From NCBI GenBank assembly GCA_030754595.1, contig JASLZZ010000126.1, forward strand, positions 1-64,000: a DNA stretch of 64,000 bases. Reading direction: 5' to 3'. This DNA comes from Nitrospinota bacterium. GTDB taxonomy: Bacteria > UBA8248. Of the stretch, positions 45,569 to 58,010 are shown piece after piece. The notes beneath the pieces are model-generated. The model had not been told where the DNA came from and made no database searches. It saw only the letters and a list, made by a program, of their open reading frames with translations. A program made the translations under genes and the position numbers. Position 1 is the stretch's first letter, and each line of letters starts with the position of its first letter.

Positions 45569-46456
45569 ATGGATCCTCTTCAAATCCAGGAACTGCCCAA
45601 GCTTCGGCAACCAACCCTTCTGCTCGCCTTCTCCGGCTGGAACGATGCCAGCAGCTCCGCCACAACTGCGGCGAGCTATATCTGCGAGGAGCTCGGAGGC
45701 GCCGAATTCGCCTCCATCGAGTCCGACAGTTTCTACAATTTTCAGGACATGCGGCCCATGGTGACCCTGGACGAGGACGGGATGCGCGATATCACCTGGC
45801 CCGCAAATACTTTCTACGCCTGCGAGACCCCCCGGCTCGCCAACGATCTGATTCTTTTCGTCGGGGCCGAGCCCCACTTGCAGTGGAAGAATTTCACCCG
45901 GCTAATACTCTCGGTGGCCCAACAATGCGACGTCCGCATGGTGGTGACGCTGGGGGCGTTACTCGCCGACGTCTACCACCGCAACGCCATCAAGATCACC
46001 GGCTCGTCCACCGATTTGGAGCTGGCCGCACGGCTCGGCCTGAAGCGGTCGGGATACGAAGGTCCAACCGGCATCGTCGGAATCCTGAACAACTTGTTCC
46101 GGGACGAGAAATTACCCGCCGTCAGCGTCTGGGCAAACGTGCCCCACTACGTCAACGTATCGCCGAACCCGAAGGCCGCCCTCGCCCTCGTCCGCCGCCT
46201 CTCGGAGTTTCTTTCGCTCGATGTCAGCTACTCCGACCTCGAAATCGGATCGCAGGATTTCGACGACAAGGTCGAACGCGCCCTCGAATCGAACAAGGCG
46301 GTCAAGGAGTACGTCGATGAGCTCAGGCTCAGGAGCAGCATGGAGGATGAGGGGGAATCCGGCGGTCTTCCCTCGGGCGAGGATCTCACCCGGGAGATCG
46401 AGCGCTTTCTACGCGAACGGGGCGAGAACCACGAAGACAACGGCGAGGACACCTGA
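45569..46456 (+). CDS. PAC2 (proteasome assembly chaperone) family protein
   Basis: AFSGWNDA, EP.LQW, TLGALLAD, YEGPTGIVG, WANVPHY, PNPKAALAL. Confidence 0.85.
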   Translation: MDPLQIQELPKLRQPTLLLAFSGWNDASSSATTAASYICEELGGAEFASIESDSFYNFQDMRPMVTLDEDGMRDITWPANTFYACETPRLANDLILFVGAEPHLQWKNFTRLILSVAQQCDVRMVVTLGALLADVYHRNAIKITGSSTDLELAARLGLKRSGYEGPTGIVGILNNLFRDEKLPAVSVWANVPHYVNVSPNPKAALALVRRLSEFLSLDVSYSDLEIGSQDFDDKVERALESNKAVKEYVDELRLRSSMEDEGESGGLPSGEDLTREIERFLRERGENHEDNGEDT

Positions 46457-46620
46457 TTTCGCCGGAAGCGGCGCCTTGTCCGGACGATAGCCCGCCCCGG
46501 CCCGCGCGGCGAATCCCTGCTGAACCCGAGCCGGACCCGGGCGAAAATTCCCGCCCACGGGCGCATCCCGCCCGGTTTAATTCCGAAAACGTAAAGTGAA
46601 GATTCGAGACTAGCTCGAGG

Positions 46621-47253
46621 CTAGGAGGAGGAATCGGTCGCCATGGCCGCGGTCGATTGCCGGACGAGATCCCGGATCACCGAAGTGTCGGCCGGCTTTT
46701 GGAGGAAATGCGTGGCGCCGAGGGCCATGATCCGCTCTTTGTGGCTGGGATCGTCGAGGCCCGTAATAGCGATGACAACGGTGGCCCTGCCGCTGCTTCT
46801 GTGCTTGATCTGGCGGCACACCTCGAACCCGTCCACGCCCGGCAGCATCAAGTCGAGCAAAACGACATCGGGCTTGTTGTTGGCGTAAAGAAGCCCCGCC
46901 CGGAAACCGTCGTGGGCGATTTCGATTTCATAGTCGGGGTTATCCAACAAGAGGATGTCCGTGATCAACTCAGTGAAGTTTTTCTCGTCGTCGACGACGA
47001 GAATTTTCGGCGGCCCCGAACGCTCGTTGAATATATGAGGGATATTCCTCGAGTCGAGGAACGAGAGAAGATCCTCGCGAAGCACCCGGCGGTGACCGCC
47101 CGGCGTCCGATAGGCGTGAAGCCAATCCTTGTCGATCCAGTTTTGAATCGTCACCGGCGTCACGTCGCAAATTTCAGCCACTTCAAAAGTCGTAAAGGCT
47201 TTCTTCGACGCGAGCTTCTCGGGAACGGCCACAATCAATCTCCCATTCTGCAA
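46621..47253 (-). CDS. response regulator with N-terminal excisionase-like HTH
   Basis: FTTFEVAEIC.V...TIQNWID, RTPGGHRRV, then REC (VVDD, LDLMLPGVDG, KP). Confidence 0.88.
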   Translation of the reverse strand: MQNGRLIVAVPEKLASKKAFTTFEVAEICDVTPVTIQNWIDKDWLHAYRTPGGHRRVLREDLLSFLDSRNIPHIFNERSGPPKILVVDDEKNFTELITDILLLDNPDYEIEIAHDGFRAGLLYANNKPDVVLLDLMLPGVDGFEVCRQIKHRSSGRATVVIAITGLDDPSHKERIMALGATHFLQKPADTSVIRDLVRQSTAAMATDSSS

Positions 47254-47615
47254 ATGATAAAGATAATGATACGTACGCCCGCTCTTAAATGATAAATCCC
47301 TTGTTTCATTGGAGTTATCCTACCTTATGGGACAAGCCTCTTTCAAGGGGCCTGACCAAAATACCCGAAAAAGATTTAAATACTTAAAATAATTAAACAT
47401 TAGCGGCTTTAATTTTCTTTTTTTATCTGCCATTCCTTAATTACTGGAGAGAATATCATTCGCTGGCGATAAAACCCTCCCTGGAGCAGAAGCGGGCCGG
47501 AACCTCCTTTTTTCCCTTCATATTTGGTAAAATGCGGTGGCACCCGGATCTTTTTTTCCGGCATATACCGCCCGGAGCCACCCAGCCGCCTGGAACCACC
47601 CAGAGGAAACCACCG

Positions 47616-48065
47616 ATGCGCGCCGTACTCCAGCGGGTCCGAAAATCCAGCGTGAGCGTCTCCGGGGAGGTCGTCGGCGAGATCGGCGGGGGCATCCTGG
47701 CCCTGATGGCGGTCGCTCCCGGGGATTCGGAAAGGGAAGTGCGCTACATGGCGGACAAGATCTCGAACCTGCGGATATTCCCCGACGAGGCGGGGAAGAT
47801 GAACCGCTCCCTCCTCGACACCGGCGGCGAAATGCTCGTTGTCAGCCAGTTCACCCTCTACGGAGACTGCCGGAAGGGCAGGCGGCCTTCTTTCGTCGCC
47901 ACCGCGTCGCCCGAAGTTGCCGAGGCGCTGATCGAAAAGTTTATCGAGGAGGTCGAAACCATCGGAGTGAAAACGGCCGCCGGTAGATTCGGCGCCATGA
48001 TGGAGGTCGAACTGATCAACGACGGCCCCGTCACCCTGCTGCTCGACTCGGAGGGCGACCTCTGA
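47616..48065 (+). CDS. dtd: D-aminoacyl-tRNA deacylase
   Basis: [27 protein letters not shown]. Confidence 0.95.
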   Translation: MRAVLQRVRKSSVSVSGEVVGEIGGGILALMAVAPGDSEREVRYMADKISNLRIFPDEAGKMNRSLLDTGGEMLVVSQFTLYGDCRKGRRPSFVATASPEVAEALIEKFIEEVETIGVKTAAGRFGAMMEVELINDGPVTLLLDSEGDL

Positions 48066-49096
48066 TGCCCCTTGCGCCCGGCGACGCGCCGGCGGTCAAG
48101 TCCAGGCTCGACCGGTTGACGAAAACCTACGGTCCCGCCTATCTCGACTCGGACCCGCTGGGCCTGGTCCACCGCCACCCGCACGATGAAGACCGCGAGG
48201 CCGCCGCCTTTTTCGCCTCCGCGCTGGCCTTCGGAAACGCCAAGGCCGTCCGGACCAGCCTCGGGCGCGTACTCGGCCGCCTCGGCGCGAGGCCGGCGGC
48301 GGCGCTCCGGGAATTTCGAATCGATGAAAACGCAGACCTGTTCGAGGGAATTGTCCACCGCTGGGTCGGACCGCGCGATCTTGCCCGCTTCGCCCACATG
48401 ACGGGCGCGGCGCTCCGGGAGTGGGGTTCGCTCGAGGCGGCCTTCATGCCCGGCTACGAACCCGGCGCGGCCACTCTGACCTCCGCCCTCGTCGGATTCC
48501 GCCGCCGTCTTCTCGCTCTCGCGCCCGGCGAGTCCTCGAAAAAAGGACTCGCTTCCTGCCGGCCAGGGAAAAAAGGGAGCGCCGCCGGCGGGTCTTCAAA
48601 AAAAGGATGTGCCGCCAGCGGGCCGGGGGAGAAAAATGGGTTCGCCTACCTCCTCCCCGACCCCGCGGGAGGGAGCGCCTGCAAGCGCATTCATCTTTTT
48701 TGCAAATGGGTGATTCGCTCCGGCGACGGGATGGACCTGGGCCTCTGGCGGGCGCCCCTCCTCAGCCAACTCACCATCCCCCTCGACACCCACATCGCCC
48801 GAATCGGAGGCCTGCTGGGCCTGACCGAACGGCGAACACCCGACCGGCGGATGGCCGAGGAGATCACCGACTCGCTCCGGCTCATCAACCCGGCCGACCC
48901 GGTGAGCTACGACTTCGCCATGTCGCGCCTCGGCATCCTGGGCCACTGCCCGAGGCGGCCGGACGCCCGCCTCTGCGCCGGCTGCCCCCTTCGGGACATT
49001 TGCCGCCACTGGCGGAGGAGCGCCCAAAAGAAAAAAGCAACCGCTCGAAACCGCCCCCGCCCCGCTCGCCGGCCCGGGGGCCGGCCCACCGGCTAG
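48065..49096 (+). CDS. TIGR02757/DUF2400 family protein with C-terminal Cys cluster
   Basis: SDP...H, LAFGN, SACKR..LF.KW, D.GLW, IPLDTH, DPVSYDFA; C-terminal C-x8-CxxC-x5-C. Confidence 0.8.
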   Translation: MPLAPGDAPAVKSRLDRLTKTYGPAYLDSDPLGLVHRHPHDEDREAAAFFASALAFGNAKAVRTSLGRVLGRLGARPAAALREFRIDENADLFEGIVHRWVGPRDLARFAHMTGAALREWGSLEAAFMPGYEPGAATLTSALVGFRRRLLALAPGESSKKGLASCRPGKKGSAAGGSSKKGCAASGPGEKNGFAYLLPDPAGGSACKRIHLFCKWVIRSGDGMDLGLWRAPLLSQLTIPLDTHIARIGGLLGLTERRTPDRRMAEEITDSLRLINPADPVSYDFAMSRLGILGHCPRRPDARLCAGCPLRDICRHWRRSAQKKKATARNRPRPARRPGGRPTG

Positions 49097-49174
49097 CCCC
49101 GGCGTTTGCTTGCGGCCCGCCATCGGGCTTGGGATACTTCCCATCCGTTCACCCGGATAAAGAGAGGCCGAACC

Positions 49175-50074
49175 TTGCCCGAAACCTTCAGAAAAATCGC
49201 AGTCACTACCTGGCCCATCGCCTTGCGCCCGGAGACCAATCTTTCCGGCCTGGTGGGCTGGCTCGCCGGAAACGGCTTCGAGGTCGCCCTGGACGAAACG
49301 TCCGCCGCCGTGGTGAACGAGCCGGGCGGCCTCGCCCACGAGAAAGCGATAGAGGGCGCCGACCTGATAATCGTCATCGGCGGAGACGGGTCGATGCTCC
49401 GGACCGCCCACCTCCTCGGCGGAGACGCGCCGCCCCTTTTGGGCATCAACGCGGGCCACCTGGGTTTTCTCGTCGACATCCCCGAAAGCGGCGCCATCTC
49501 CGCGCTCGAAAGCGTTCTCATCAAGGGGGAGTACGCCATCGAATCGCGGATGCGCCTCCGGCCCTCCGTACAACAAAACGAGGCGGAAATTCCGCTCTCA
49601 GACGTTTTAAACGATGTGGTCCTGACCTCGGGCCCCCTCGCTAGGATGGTGGAGTTTCAGATCTCGGTGGACGGGCGCCAGCTCGGAATCTTCCGGGCCG
49701 ACGGGCTCATCATCGCCACCCCCACCGGTTCGACCGCCTACTCGCTCTCGGCGGGCGGCCCCCTCCTCATGCCGGACCTGAACGTCATGCTCATCAACCC
49801 CATCTGCCCCCACACCCTGAGCAACCGCCCGCTCGTCATACCCGCCGAATCGACCGTGGACGTGACGCTCTTCGCCGGAGACGGCGGGCGCAGCCTTCCC
49901 CTCTCCATTGACGGCCAGCCCGGCTGCGATCTCGACGCGGGGGCCCGCCTCCGCGTCGTCCTGAGTCCGGACCCCGTCCGACTGGTCCGCCCCAGGGGGT
50001 CCGACTTTTTCGAAATTCTGCGCGACAAGCTCCTCTGGGAGACTCACCCGCGCGGCGGAAAAAACGGATCGTGA
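49175..50074 (+). CDS. nadK: NAD kinase
   Basis: GGDGSML, GHLGFL, ND, ADGLIIATPTGSTAYSLSAGGP; precedes recN. Confidence 0.93.
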   Translation: MPETFRKIAVTTWPIALRPETNLSGLVGWLAGNGFEVALDETSAAVVNEPGGLAHEKAIEGADLIIVIGGDGSMLRTAHLLGGDAPPLLGINAGHLGFLVDIPESGAISALESVLIKGEYAIESRMRLRPSVQQNEAEIPLSDVLNDVVLTSGPLARMVEFQISVDGRQLGIFRADGLIIATPTGSTAYSLSAGGPLLMPDLNVMLINPICPHTLSNRPLVIPAESTVDVTLFAGDGGRSLPLSIDGQPGCDLDAGARLRVVLSPDPVRLVRPRGSDFFEILRDKLLWETHPRGGKNGS

Positions 50075-50081
50075 GGCCCTT

Positions 50082-51863
50082 GTGCTCCGTCTGATGCGCA
50101 TCTCGGATTTCGCCATCATCGACTCGCTCGAGGTGGCCTTCGGCCCGGGCCTGAATGTGCTCACCGGCGAGACCGGGGCCGGCAAATCAATTATTTTCGA
50201 GGCCCTTAATCTCACCCTCGGCGGCCGGGGGAGCGCCGATCTCGTCCGCTCCGGGGCCAAGGACGCCGTCGTCGAGAGTCTCTTCGGGCTGCCCGCGACG
50301 CCGGGCGGCAAAAGGGCGCGGGCCGCCCTCGAGGAGGCGGGTATCGAGGTTCCTCCGGACGGGGAGTTGATCGTGCGCCGACGGATATCCACAGGCGAGC
50401 GCAGCCGCCTCTACCTGAACGGTGCGCTGGCGACCGCCGCCACCCTTTCGTCAATCGCCGGGTCGCTGGTCAACATTCACGGCCAGCACGCCCAGCAAAC
50501 CCTCCTCAAGCCATCGACCCACCTCGGCCTTCTCGACGATTTCGCCGGGCTGACCGGGGAGCGGGGCTCGCTGGGCCACCTGACCGCCGAACTCCGCGAG
50601 GCCGAGGAAGAGCTCGAGGCCCACCGGACGGGGGCACGAGAGAGGGCCCAGCGGGCCGACCTGCTCCAGTTTCAGGTCGAGGAGCTCGAGCGCGTCGCCC
50701 TCTCGACGGGAGAACTCGAATCTATCGAGGACGAGCTCCCCCGGCTCCGCAACGCCGATCGCCTCGGCGCCCTCGGCCAGGGCGTCTATGAAGCCCTCTA
50801 CGGGGACGAGGGCTCGATCATCGAGGATCTCGGCGAGTCCATCCGCAACCTCGAGCGACTGGTCGAACTGGACCCCTCGCAGGCCCCCCTGCTGGAACAG
50901 GCCGCCTCCGCCCTCGCCGAGGTGGAATCGCTGGCTGATTCACTGCGCGATTACTTCGGCTCAATCGAACTCGACCCCGAGCGCCTCGAAGCGCTCGAGG
51001 TCCGCCGATCGCTCCTGCGCGAGTTGCTGCGGAAATACGGAAACGACGAGGCGGAGTGCCTCGCCTATCTCGGCCGCGCCCAGTCGGAACTCGCCGCCAT
51101 CTCGGACGAGGCGGGCACCGAGGCCCGGCTCGACGAAGCCGCCTCCCGGCTCCGGGAGGAGGTCTCCCGGCGCGCCCGCGATCTCTCCCGGAAAAGACAA
51201 AAAGCTTCCGGCGAGCTCGACCGGGGGATGAGCGAGGCCCTGGCCGAGCTCGGCCTCCCGGGAGCTGTGCTCGAAACGAAGATGGGCCGCCTTCCCGCCA
51301 CCGGGGAACTTGTCGTGATCGAAGGCGAGAGCGTCGCGCTCCGCTCGGACGGCATCGACGCCTGCGAATTTCATTTTTCGCCCAATCCGGGCGAGCCGCC
51401 GCGCCCGCTCGCCCGCATCGCCTCGGGCGGGGAGCTCTCGCGGCTCATGCTCGCCCTCGAGAGTGTCCTCCGGCGCGGGGACATGATCCCCACCCTGATT
51501 TTCGACGAGGTGGACGCGGGAATCGGCGGCGGGGTGGCCGAGGTCGTCGGACGCAAGCTCCAGGAGGTCTCTGAAAATCATCAGGTCCTCGTCATCACCC
51601 ACCTGCCCCAGGTCGCCTGCCTGGGCGACCGCCATTTCCGCATCGAAAAACGAACCGACGCCGGGCGCACCGCCACCGCCATCGAGCCAGTCGAAGACGG
51701 CGCCCGCATCGAAGAGATCGCGCGCATGGGCGCGGGCCTCGAGGTGACAGCGGCGGCTCTCCGGCACGCCGGGGAGATGCTCGAGGCCGGAAAGCGGAGG
51801 GAGAGCGCGAAAAAAACCTCCCGCCGCGCCGCCGGCAAGGCCGAAAAATTTACTCCGCGATGA
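50082..51863 (+). CDS. recN: DNA repair protein RecN
   Basis: TGETGAGKS, HGQH, ASGGELSR, FDEVDAGIGG, THLPQVA. Confidence 0.96.
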   Translation: MLRLMRISDFAIIDSLEVAFGPGLNVLTGETGAGKSIIFEALNLTLGGRGSADLVRSGAKDAVVESLFGLPATPGGKRARAALEEAGIEVPPDGELIVRRRISTGERSRLYLNGALATAATLSSIAGSLVNIHGQHAQQTLLKPSTHLGLLDDFAGLTGERGSLGHLTAELREAEEELEAHRTGARERAQRADLLQFQVEELERVALSTGELESIEDELPRLRNADRLGALGQGVYEALYGDEGSIIEDLGESIRNLERLVELDPSQAPLLEQAASALAEVESLADSLRDYFGSIELDPERLEALEVRRSLLRELLRKYGNDEAECLAYLGRAQSELAAISDEAGTEARLDEAASRLREEVSRRARDLSRKRQKASGELDRGMSEALAELGLPGAVLETKMGRLPATGELVVIEGESVALRSDGIDACEFHFSPNPGEPPRPLARIASGGELSRLMLALESVLRRGDMIPTLIFDEVDAGIGGGVAEVVGRKLQEVSENHQVLVITHLPQVACLGDRHFRIEKRTDAGRTATAIEPVEDGARIEEIARMGAGLEVTAAALRHAGEMLEAGKRRESAKKTSRRAAGKAEKFTPR

Positions 51864-52525
51864 AGCTCCTCTCCGTCAACGTCTCAGGGCCGCGCGTCGT
51901 TTTCCACAAATTCCGGCCCGTCCGGACCGGCATCTTCAAGAAACCGGTCGGCGGCCGCGTCATGATGCGAAAGCTCAACATCGAGGGCGACGGGCAGGCG
52001 GACCTGAAAAACCACGGCGGCGAATACAAGGCGGCCTACGCCTACGATGTACGAAACTACGCGCACTGGCGAAAAGAGCTGGTCCGGGATGACTTTTCCC
52101 ACGGCCAGTTCGGCGAGAACCTCACCACCGAGGGGATGGACGACGACGCGGTGTGCGTCGGCGACATCTTCCGGATCGGAGGGGCGGTGGCCGAGGTGAG
52201 CCAGCCCCGAAATCCTTGCTACAAGCTCGGCCTCCGGATGGAGGACGAAGCTTTCGTCCGGCGGTTCTTGGAGAGCTGCCTTCTCGGAATCTACTTTCGC
52301 GTCATTGAGGAAGGGGAGATCGGCGCGGGCGACTCCATCGAGCGCCTCGAAGCGGACCCCGAGGGGATCACCGTCCGCGAGATGGCCCGTCTCAGGAACT
52401 ACGGCGCGGGCGACCTCGAAACGACGCGGAGGGCGCTCCGCATCCCCCACCTTGCCCCCGAAATCAGAGGCGAATTCGAAAGACGGCTGGAAAAGGCGGG
52501 CGGGCCGGGCGAGGCCGTCGAATAA
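51860..52525 (+). CDS. MOSC domain protein (YiiM-like, 3-alpha domain)
   Basis: TGIFK.PV, GDGQADL..HGG, FGENLT, SQPR.PCYKL. Confidence 0.9.
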   Translation: MKLLSVNVSGPRVVFHKFRPVRTGIFKKPVGGRVMMRKLNIEGDGQADLKNHGGEYKAAYAYDVRNYAHWRKELVRDDFSHGQFGENLTTEGMDDDAVCVGDIFRIGGAVAEVSQPRNPCYKLGLRMEDEAFVRRFLESCLLGIYFRVIEEGEIGAGDSIERLEADPEGITVREMARLRNYGAGDLETTRRALRIPHLAPEIRGEFERRLEKAGGPGEAVE

Positions 52526-52533
52526 ACGGACGG

Positions 52534-53661
52534 ATGACCGGGCGAAAAAGAGGCATTGTGAGAAACGGGGCGCTCGCGCTCTGCCTGTCGATCCTCGCCG
52601 CCGGCTGCTCGGGTGGAGATGATTTCTCCGGCACCGGCACGATGACGGCCCCGCGTCACGGGCACACCGCCACCCTTCTCGACGCGGGCCGCATATTCAT
52701 CGCGGCGGGCCTGACGAAAACCGACCCCCTCGGCTCGGCCGAGTTCTACGGGGCCGCCGAGGGGCGCTTCATGGCGCTGCCCACGCCGGGCCTTCGCCCG
52801 AGGGGCTGGCACCGCGCCGCCCGCCTCCCGGGGGGCGGCGTCCTCCTCACCGGCGGATGGACCCACGGCAACATCGCGCTCCGCGAGGCGGCGATCCTCC
52901 CGCCCTCGGGGGGCGCGTTCGCCCGCGCCGATATGAACGCCGCCCGCTTCGATCACACCCTGACCGCTCTCAAGGACGGAAGCTACCTCGTTACCGGCGG
53001 AAACGACGGGAAGCGCGCTATCCGGGGGATGGAGATTTTCTCGCCGCACGAGAAATCCTTCGCCCCCGCGGCCCGGCCCATGTTCATCGCCCGCCAGCAG
53101 CACACCGCAACCCTCTTGCCGGACGGTTCGGTCCTCATCGCCGGGGGCGGGCGGGGCAAAGGGGCGCGCTACGCTGAAATTTATGACGCGGCGAGCCGCC
53201 GGACAGGGCTGGCGCGCAAAGCCCTCTCCACCCCTAGGAGCCGCCACACCGCGACCCTTCTCCGGGGCGGGAAGGTCTTGATCGCGGGGGGACTCGGCCC
53301 CGCCGGACCTCTCGCCACGGCCGAACTCTACGACCCGGTCTCTTCTTCTTTTGAGTTGATCAAGGAAAAATTCTCCGCCGCGCGGCAACAGCACACCGCC
53401 ACCCTGCTGCCGGACGGGCGGGTGCTCCTTCTCGGGGGCTGGGGAGGCGAAAAGTCGCTCGCGGGAGGAGAGATTTTCGATCCCGAAGGGAGGTGCTTCC
53501 GGCCGCTGGGGTCATCGATGCGCTACGAGCGGCGGCTCCACACGGCGACGCCACTCCCCGGCGGGCGCGTTCTCATCGCCGGCGGCGCCTCGGATATCGA
53601 TGTCCTCGCCTCGGCCGAAATTTTCAAGGCGCCCCCTCGTGGAGAGGGCTGCGGAAAATAA
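52534..53661 (+). CDS. Kelch-repeat (beta-propeller) lipoprotein
   Basis: Lipobox AAGC; seven R..HTATLL..G.VLIAGG repeats. Confidence 0.85.
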   Translation: MTGRKRGIVRNGALALCLSILAAGCSGGDDFSGTGTMTAPRHGHTATLLDAGRIFIAAGLTKTDPLGSAEFYGAAEGRFMALPTPGLRPRGWHRAARLPGGGVLLTGGWTHGNIALREAAILPPSGGAFARADMNAARFDHTLTALKDGSYLVTGGNDGKRAIRGMEIFSPHEKSFAPAARPMFIARQQHTATLLPDGSVLIAGGGRGKGARYAEIYDAASRRTGLARKALSTPRSRHTATLLRGGKVLIAGGLGPAGPLATAELYDPVSSSFELIKEKFSAARQQHTATLLPDGRVLLLGGWGGEKSLAGGEIFDPEGRCFRPLGSSMRYERRLHTATPLPGGRVLIAGGASDIDVLASAEIFKAPPRGEGCGK

Positions 53662-53691
53662 ATTCCCGGCCCCTCAGACTATCTTTTCCGA

Positions 53692-54537
53692 TCACACAGC
53701 CGGGACTTTTTGATCGAACCGCACGACGGGCGAGCCGACGCCGACGATGCCCTCGTAGCTGAGGACCGAGGCCGAGAGATCGCCCCTCATCGCGCCGAAA
53801 AGCATGTAAAGCCCGTGGAGCCCGCCCGCCTCGAGTTCGCCCTCGGCAATTTCCCCGTCCGGCAGCCGGAAAATTTCCGAGAGATCTCCATCGGTGAGAA
53901 TTTTCATAAACTTGCGGTCCCACACCTCGCCCTCGGGCCAGAGCGCGTCCGGGCTATCGAATACGAACCGGTGGGAGAGGGTTCCGCTGGCGATGAATAC
54001 CGCGCGGCGGCCGCTCCGGGTAATCTCCCGGCCGACGATCTCACCCCACCTCCGGCTCCGCTCGGGGGAGCCTTCCTCGTTCGATAGAAGGATCACCGGG
54101 ATTCGCCCGTCGGGGTCGAGATACATGATCGGCACGATGGAGCCGTGATCGAGGGACTCGGGGGTCGCCTCGAACTGAACGTCCAGGCCCGCCTCCTTTC
54201 CCGCCTCCGAGATGCGCTCGGCGAGTTCGGCGTCGCCGGAAAAGTCGTAGGGCACCGGGGGCAGGTCCCGGCGGTGCTCGGGGGGCAGCGCCGCGTGAAT
54301 ATGGGGGAGAAATTCATCAAGGGTCCCGGTGTAGCGAGGCGCCCCGCCCACCCGGAGTATCGAGAGCAACGGCCAGTGAGGCGAGGCCACGACCATGACG
54401 TCGGGCGCAAAATCCGCGATCACATCCTTCACCTGACGGTAGGCCGAGGTGGTTTTTTGGTGGTGGCCTTCCTCTATCTCCCCCGCGACCATGATCCACG
54501 GATGGGGCACCATGAAGCCGAGTTCCATGCCGGACAT
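53692..54537 (-). CDS. LigB/DODA-type class III extradiol dioxygenase family protein
   Basis: PHP, SPHW, LDHGSIVP, ASGTLSH. Confidence 0.8.
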   Translation of the reverse strand: MSGMELGFMVPHPWIMVAGEIEEGHHQKTTSAYRQVKDVIADFAPDVMVVASPHWPLLSILRVGGAPRYTGTLDEFLPHIHAALPPEHRRDLPPVPYDFSGDAELAERISEAGKEAGLDVQFEATPESLDHGSIVPIMYLDPDGRIPVILLSNEEGSPERSRRWGEIVGREITRSGRRAVFIASGTLSHRFVFDSPDALWPEGEVWDRKFMKILTDGDLSEIFRLPDGEIAEGELEAGGLHGLYMLFGAMRGDLSASVLSYEGIVGVGSPVVRFDQKVPAV

Positions 54538-54723
54538 AAAAAAAACCTCCCTTAGAACCAAGGTCTAGAGATCCAAGACCTGGAAATGAGACGAAAAGAA
54601 CAAAAAAGAAAAAATAATCATTTATTAGTCTCCCCGCAAGCCCCCTCGCCCGGATCGCGCCGGGAAAAATCCCCCGGGCGGAACGTGAGAGCTAAAGAGC
54701 CCGCTTTCGACTATATTAGAGTC

Positions 54724-55818
54724 ATGGACGATTACAGGAATTTTGAGCTTAAAAGCCCGCGCAGGCGAATGAGTAAAAAGAAGTATGCGGCCTTCGCCGC
54801 CGCGGTTTTTTTTATTTCCGCCGGGGCCTTAATCGCCACGTTCGCCGCCGGGGACTGGTATGTCCACCAGAAACTTCAAAAAAAAGGGATGTACAACATC
54901 TGGGGGTACCGGGGACCGGTGGCCGGGCCGAAAAAGCGGGGCGAGTTTCGCATCGCCGTCCTCGGGGGGAGTACGGCGCTGGGCTACGGAGCGCCGGTGG
55001 GCCAATCGTTCCCCGCCCACCTCGAGCGGATGCTCAATGAAAAACCCCGGAAGGGTGGCCCCGAATTCTACAGCGTCGTCAACCTCGCCTGGAACAACGA
55101 GGGCGCGCATTCGTTCGTCCACACCCTCAAGGACTACGCCTATCTGAGCTACGACGCCGTAATCTTCTACACGGGCTATAACGACCTCATCGGAAAAAAC
55201 CTGGCCGTCTTCCGGCATCGCTCCCCCGTATTCAAGCTGACGGGCTACATGCCCCTCCTGCCCGGGATGATGCTCGACAAGGCGAAGATGCTCAGACTGG
55301 GCCTCAGCATAGACGATATCAATATGGGAAGGAAAAGGACCAATTTCTCGCCCGGCATCCTGGACCGGACAAAAGCTGCCGCCCTTGAACTCGGGGGAGA
55401 GATCGCCCGGTCCCTCGAAAAGCAGCTCGGGAGGCTCACCGCCTCGGGCCGGATCGAAGCGGAAAGCCGGGAGGAGGGGTGCGGAAAAAGGTGGGCGTTT
55501 TATTGCGGCGAGGTCCACGCGGCGGCACGCTACGCTCTGGAGAAGGGGGCGGCCCTCGCCGTCGTCATCCAGCCCTATGTCTCGGACAACCACATCGCCC
55601 AGCAAAAGACGCTGGAGGAAATGCTGCGCCAGCGGTTCGGGGGCGAGCCCCGGCTGGCCCATTTCAACCTAGGAGAGGCGGTGGACCTCAAGGACCGCGG
55701 CCTCGCCTTCGACGGCATCCACCTCACCTCCCGCGGCAACGAGATCGTCGCGAAAAACATCGCCGCGGCGATGATGGATTTTCTGAGAAAACAAAACCGG
55801 TCCAACAGATCGAAATAA
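54724..55818 (+). CDS. SGNH/GDSL hydrolase family protein with N-terminal TM
   Basis: LGGSTALG block I, GYND block III, DGIH block V; start could be 54769. Confidence 0.8.
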   Translation: MDDYRNFELKSPRRRMSKKKYAAFAAAVFFISAGALIATFAAGDWYVHQKLQKKGMYNIWGYRGPVAGPKKRGEFRIAVLGGSTALGYGAPVGQSFPAHLERMLNEKPRKGGPEFYSVVNLAWNNEGAHSFVHTLKDYAYLSYDAVIFYTGYNDLIGKNLAVFRHRSPVFKLTGYMPLLPGMMLDKAKMLRLGLSIDDINMGRKRTNFSPGILDRTKAAALELGGEIARSLEKQLGRLTASGRIEAESREEGCGKRWAFYCGEVHAAARYALEKGAALAVVIQPYVSDNHIAQQKTLEEMLRQRFGGEPRLAHFNLGEAVDLKDRGLAFDGIHLTSRGNEIVAKNIAAAMMDFLRKQNRSNRSK

Positions 55819-55852
55819 AAAAAGGGGCGGCCCCGGTGGAGGGCCGCCCCTT
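55817..55852. terminator. intrinsic terminator between convergent genes
   Basis: AAGGGGCGGCCC-CGGTGGA-GGGCCGCCCCTT with a 5' A-run (U-tail on the acs strand). Confidence 0.85.
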
Positions 55853-55895
55853 CAATTTCACAACTTCGGCGTTTTCGCGCCGCTTCTAGAGAAGC

Positions 55896-57851
<1,956 letters not shown>

Positions 57852-58010
57852 ATGACTTTCCCCCGGTGTGGCGATGAATTGATAATGCGTAACGCGAACT
57901 TCAGAAACAGGCCCATTGTTGGGGATTCCGGGGGATTTCTCAAGTCTCCGAGGGGGTGCGAAGCGCCCCTGCAGGAGAAAAAAGCGCTCCGGCGGAGGGG
58001 GCGGAAAATC

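Noticed and set aside
46460..46610. REP-like GGGCG/CGCCC hairpins
   Set aside because: Short GC-rich stems expected by chance at this composition; no conserved family across the window.
47254..47530. AT-rich stretch as a foreign island or origin
   Set aside because: Short divergent intergenic region consistent with promoters; no DnaA-box array or mobility genes seen.
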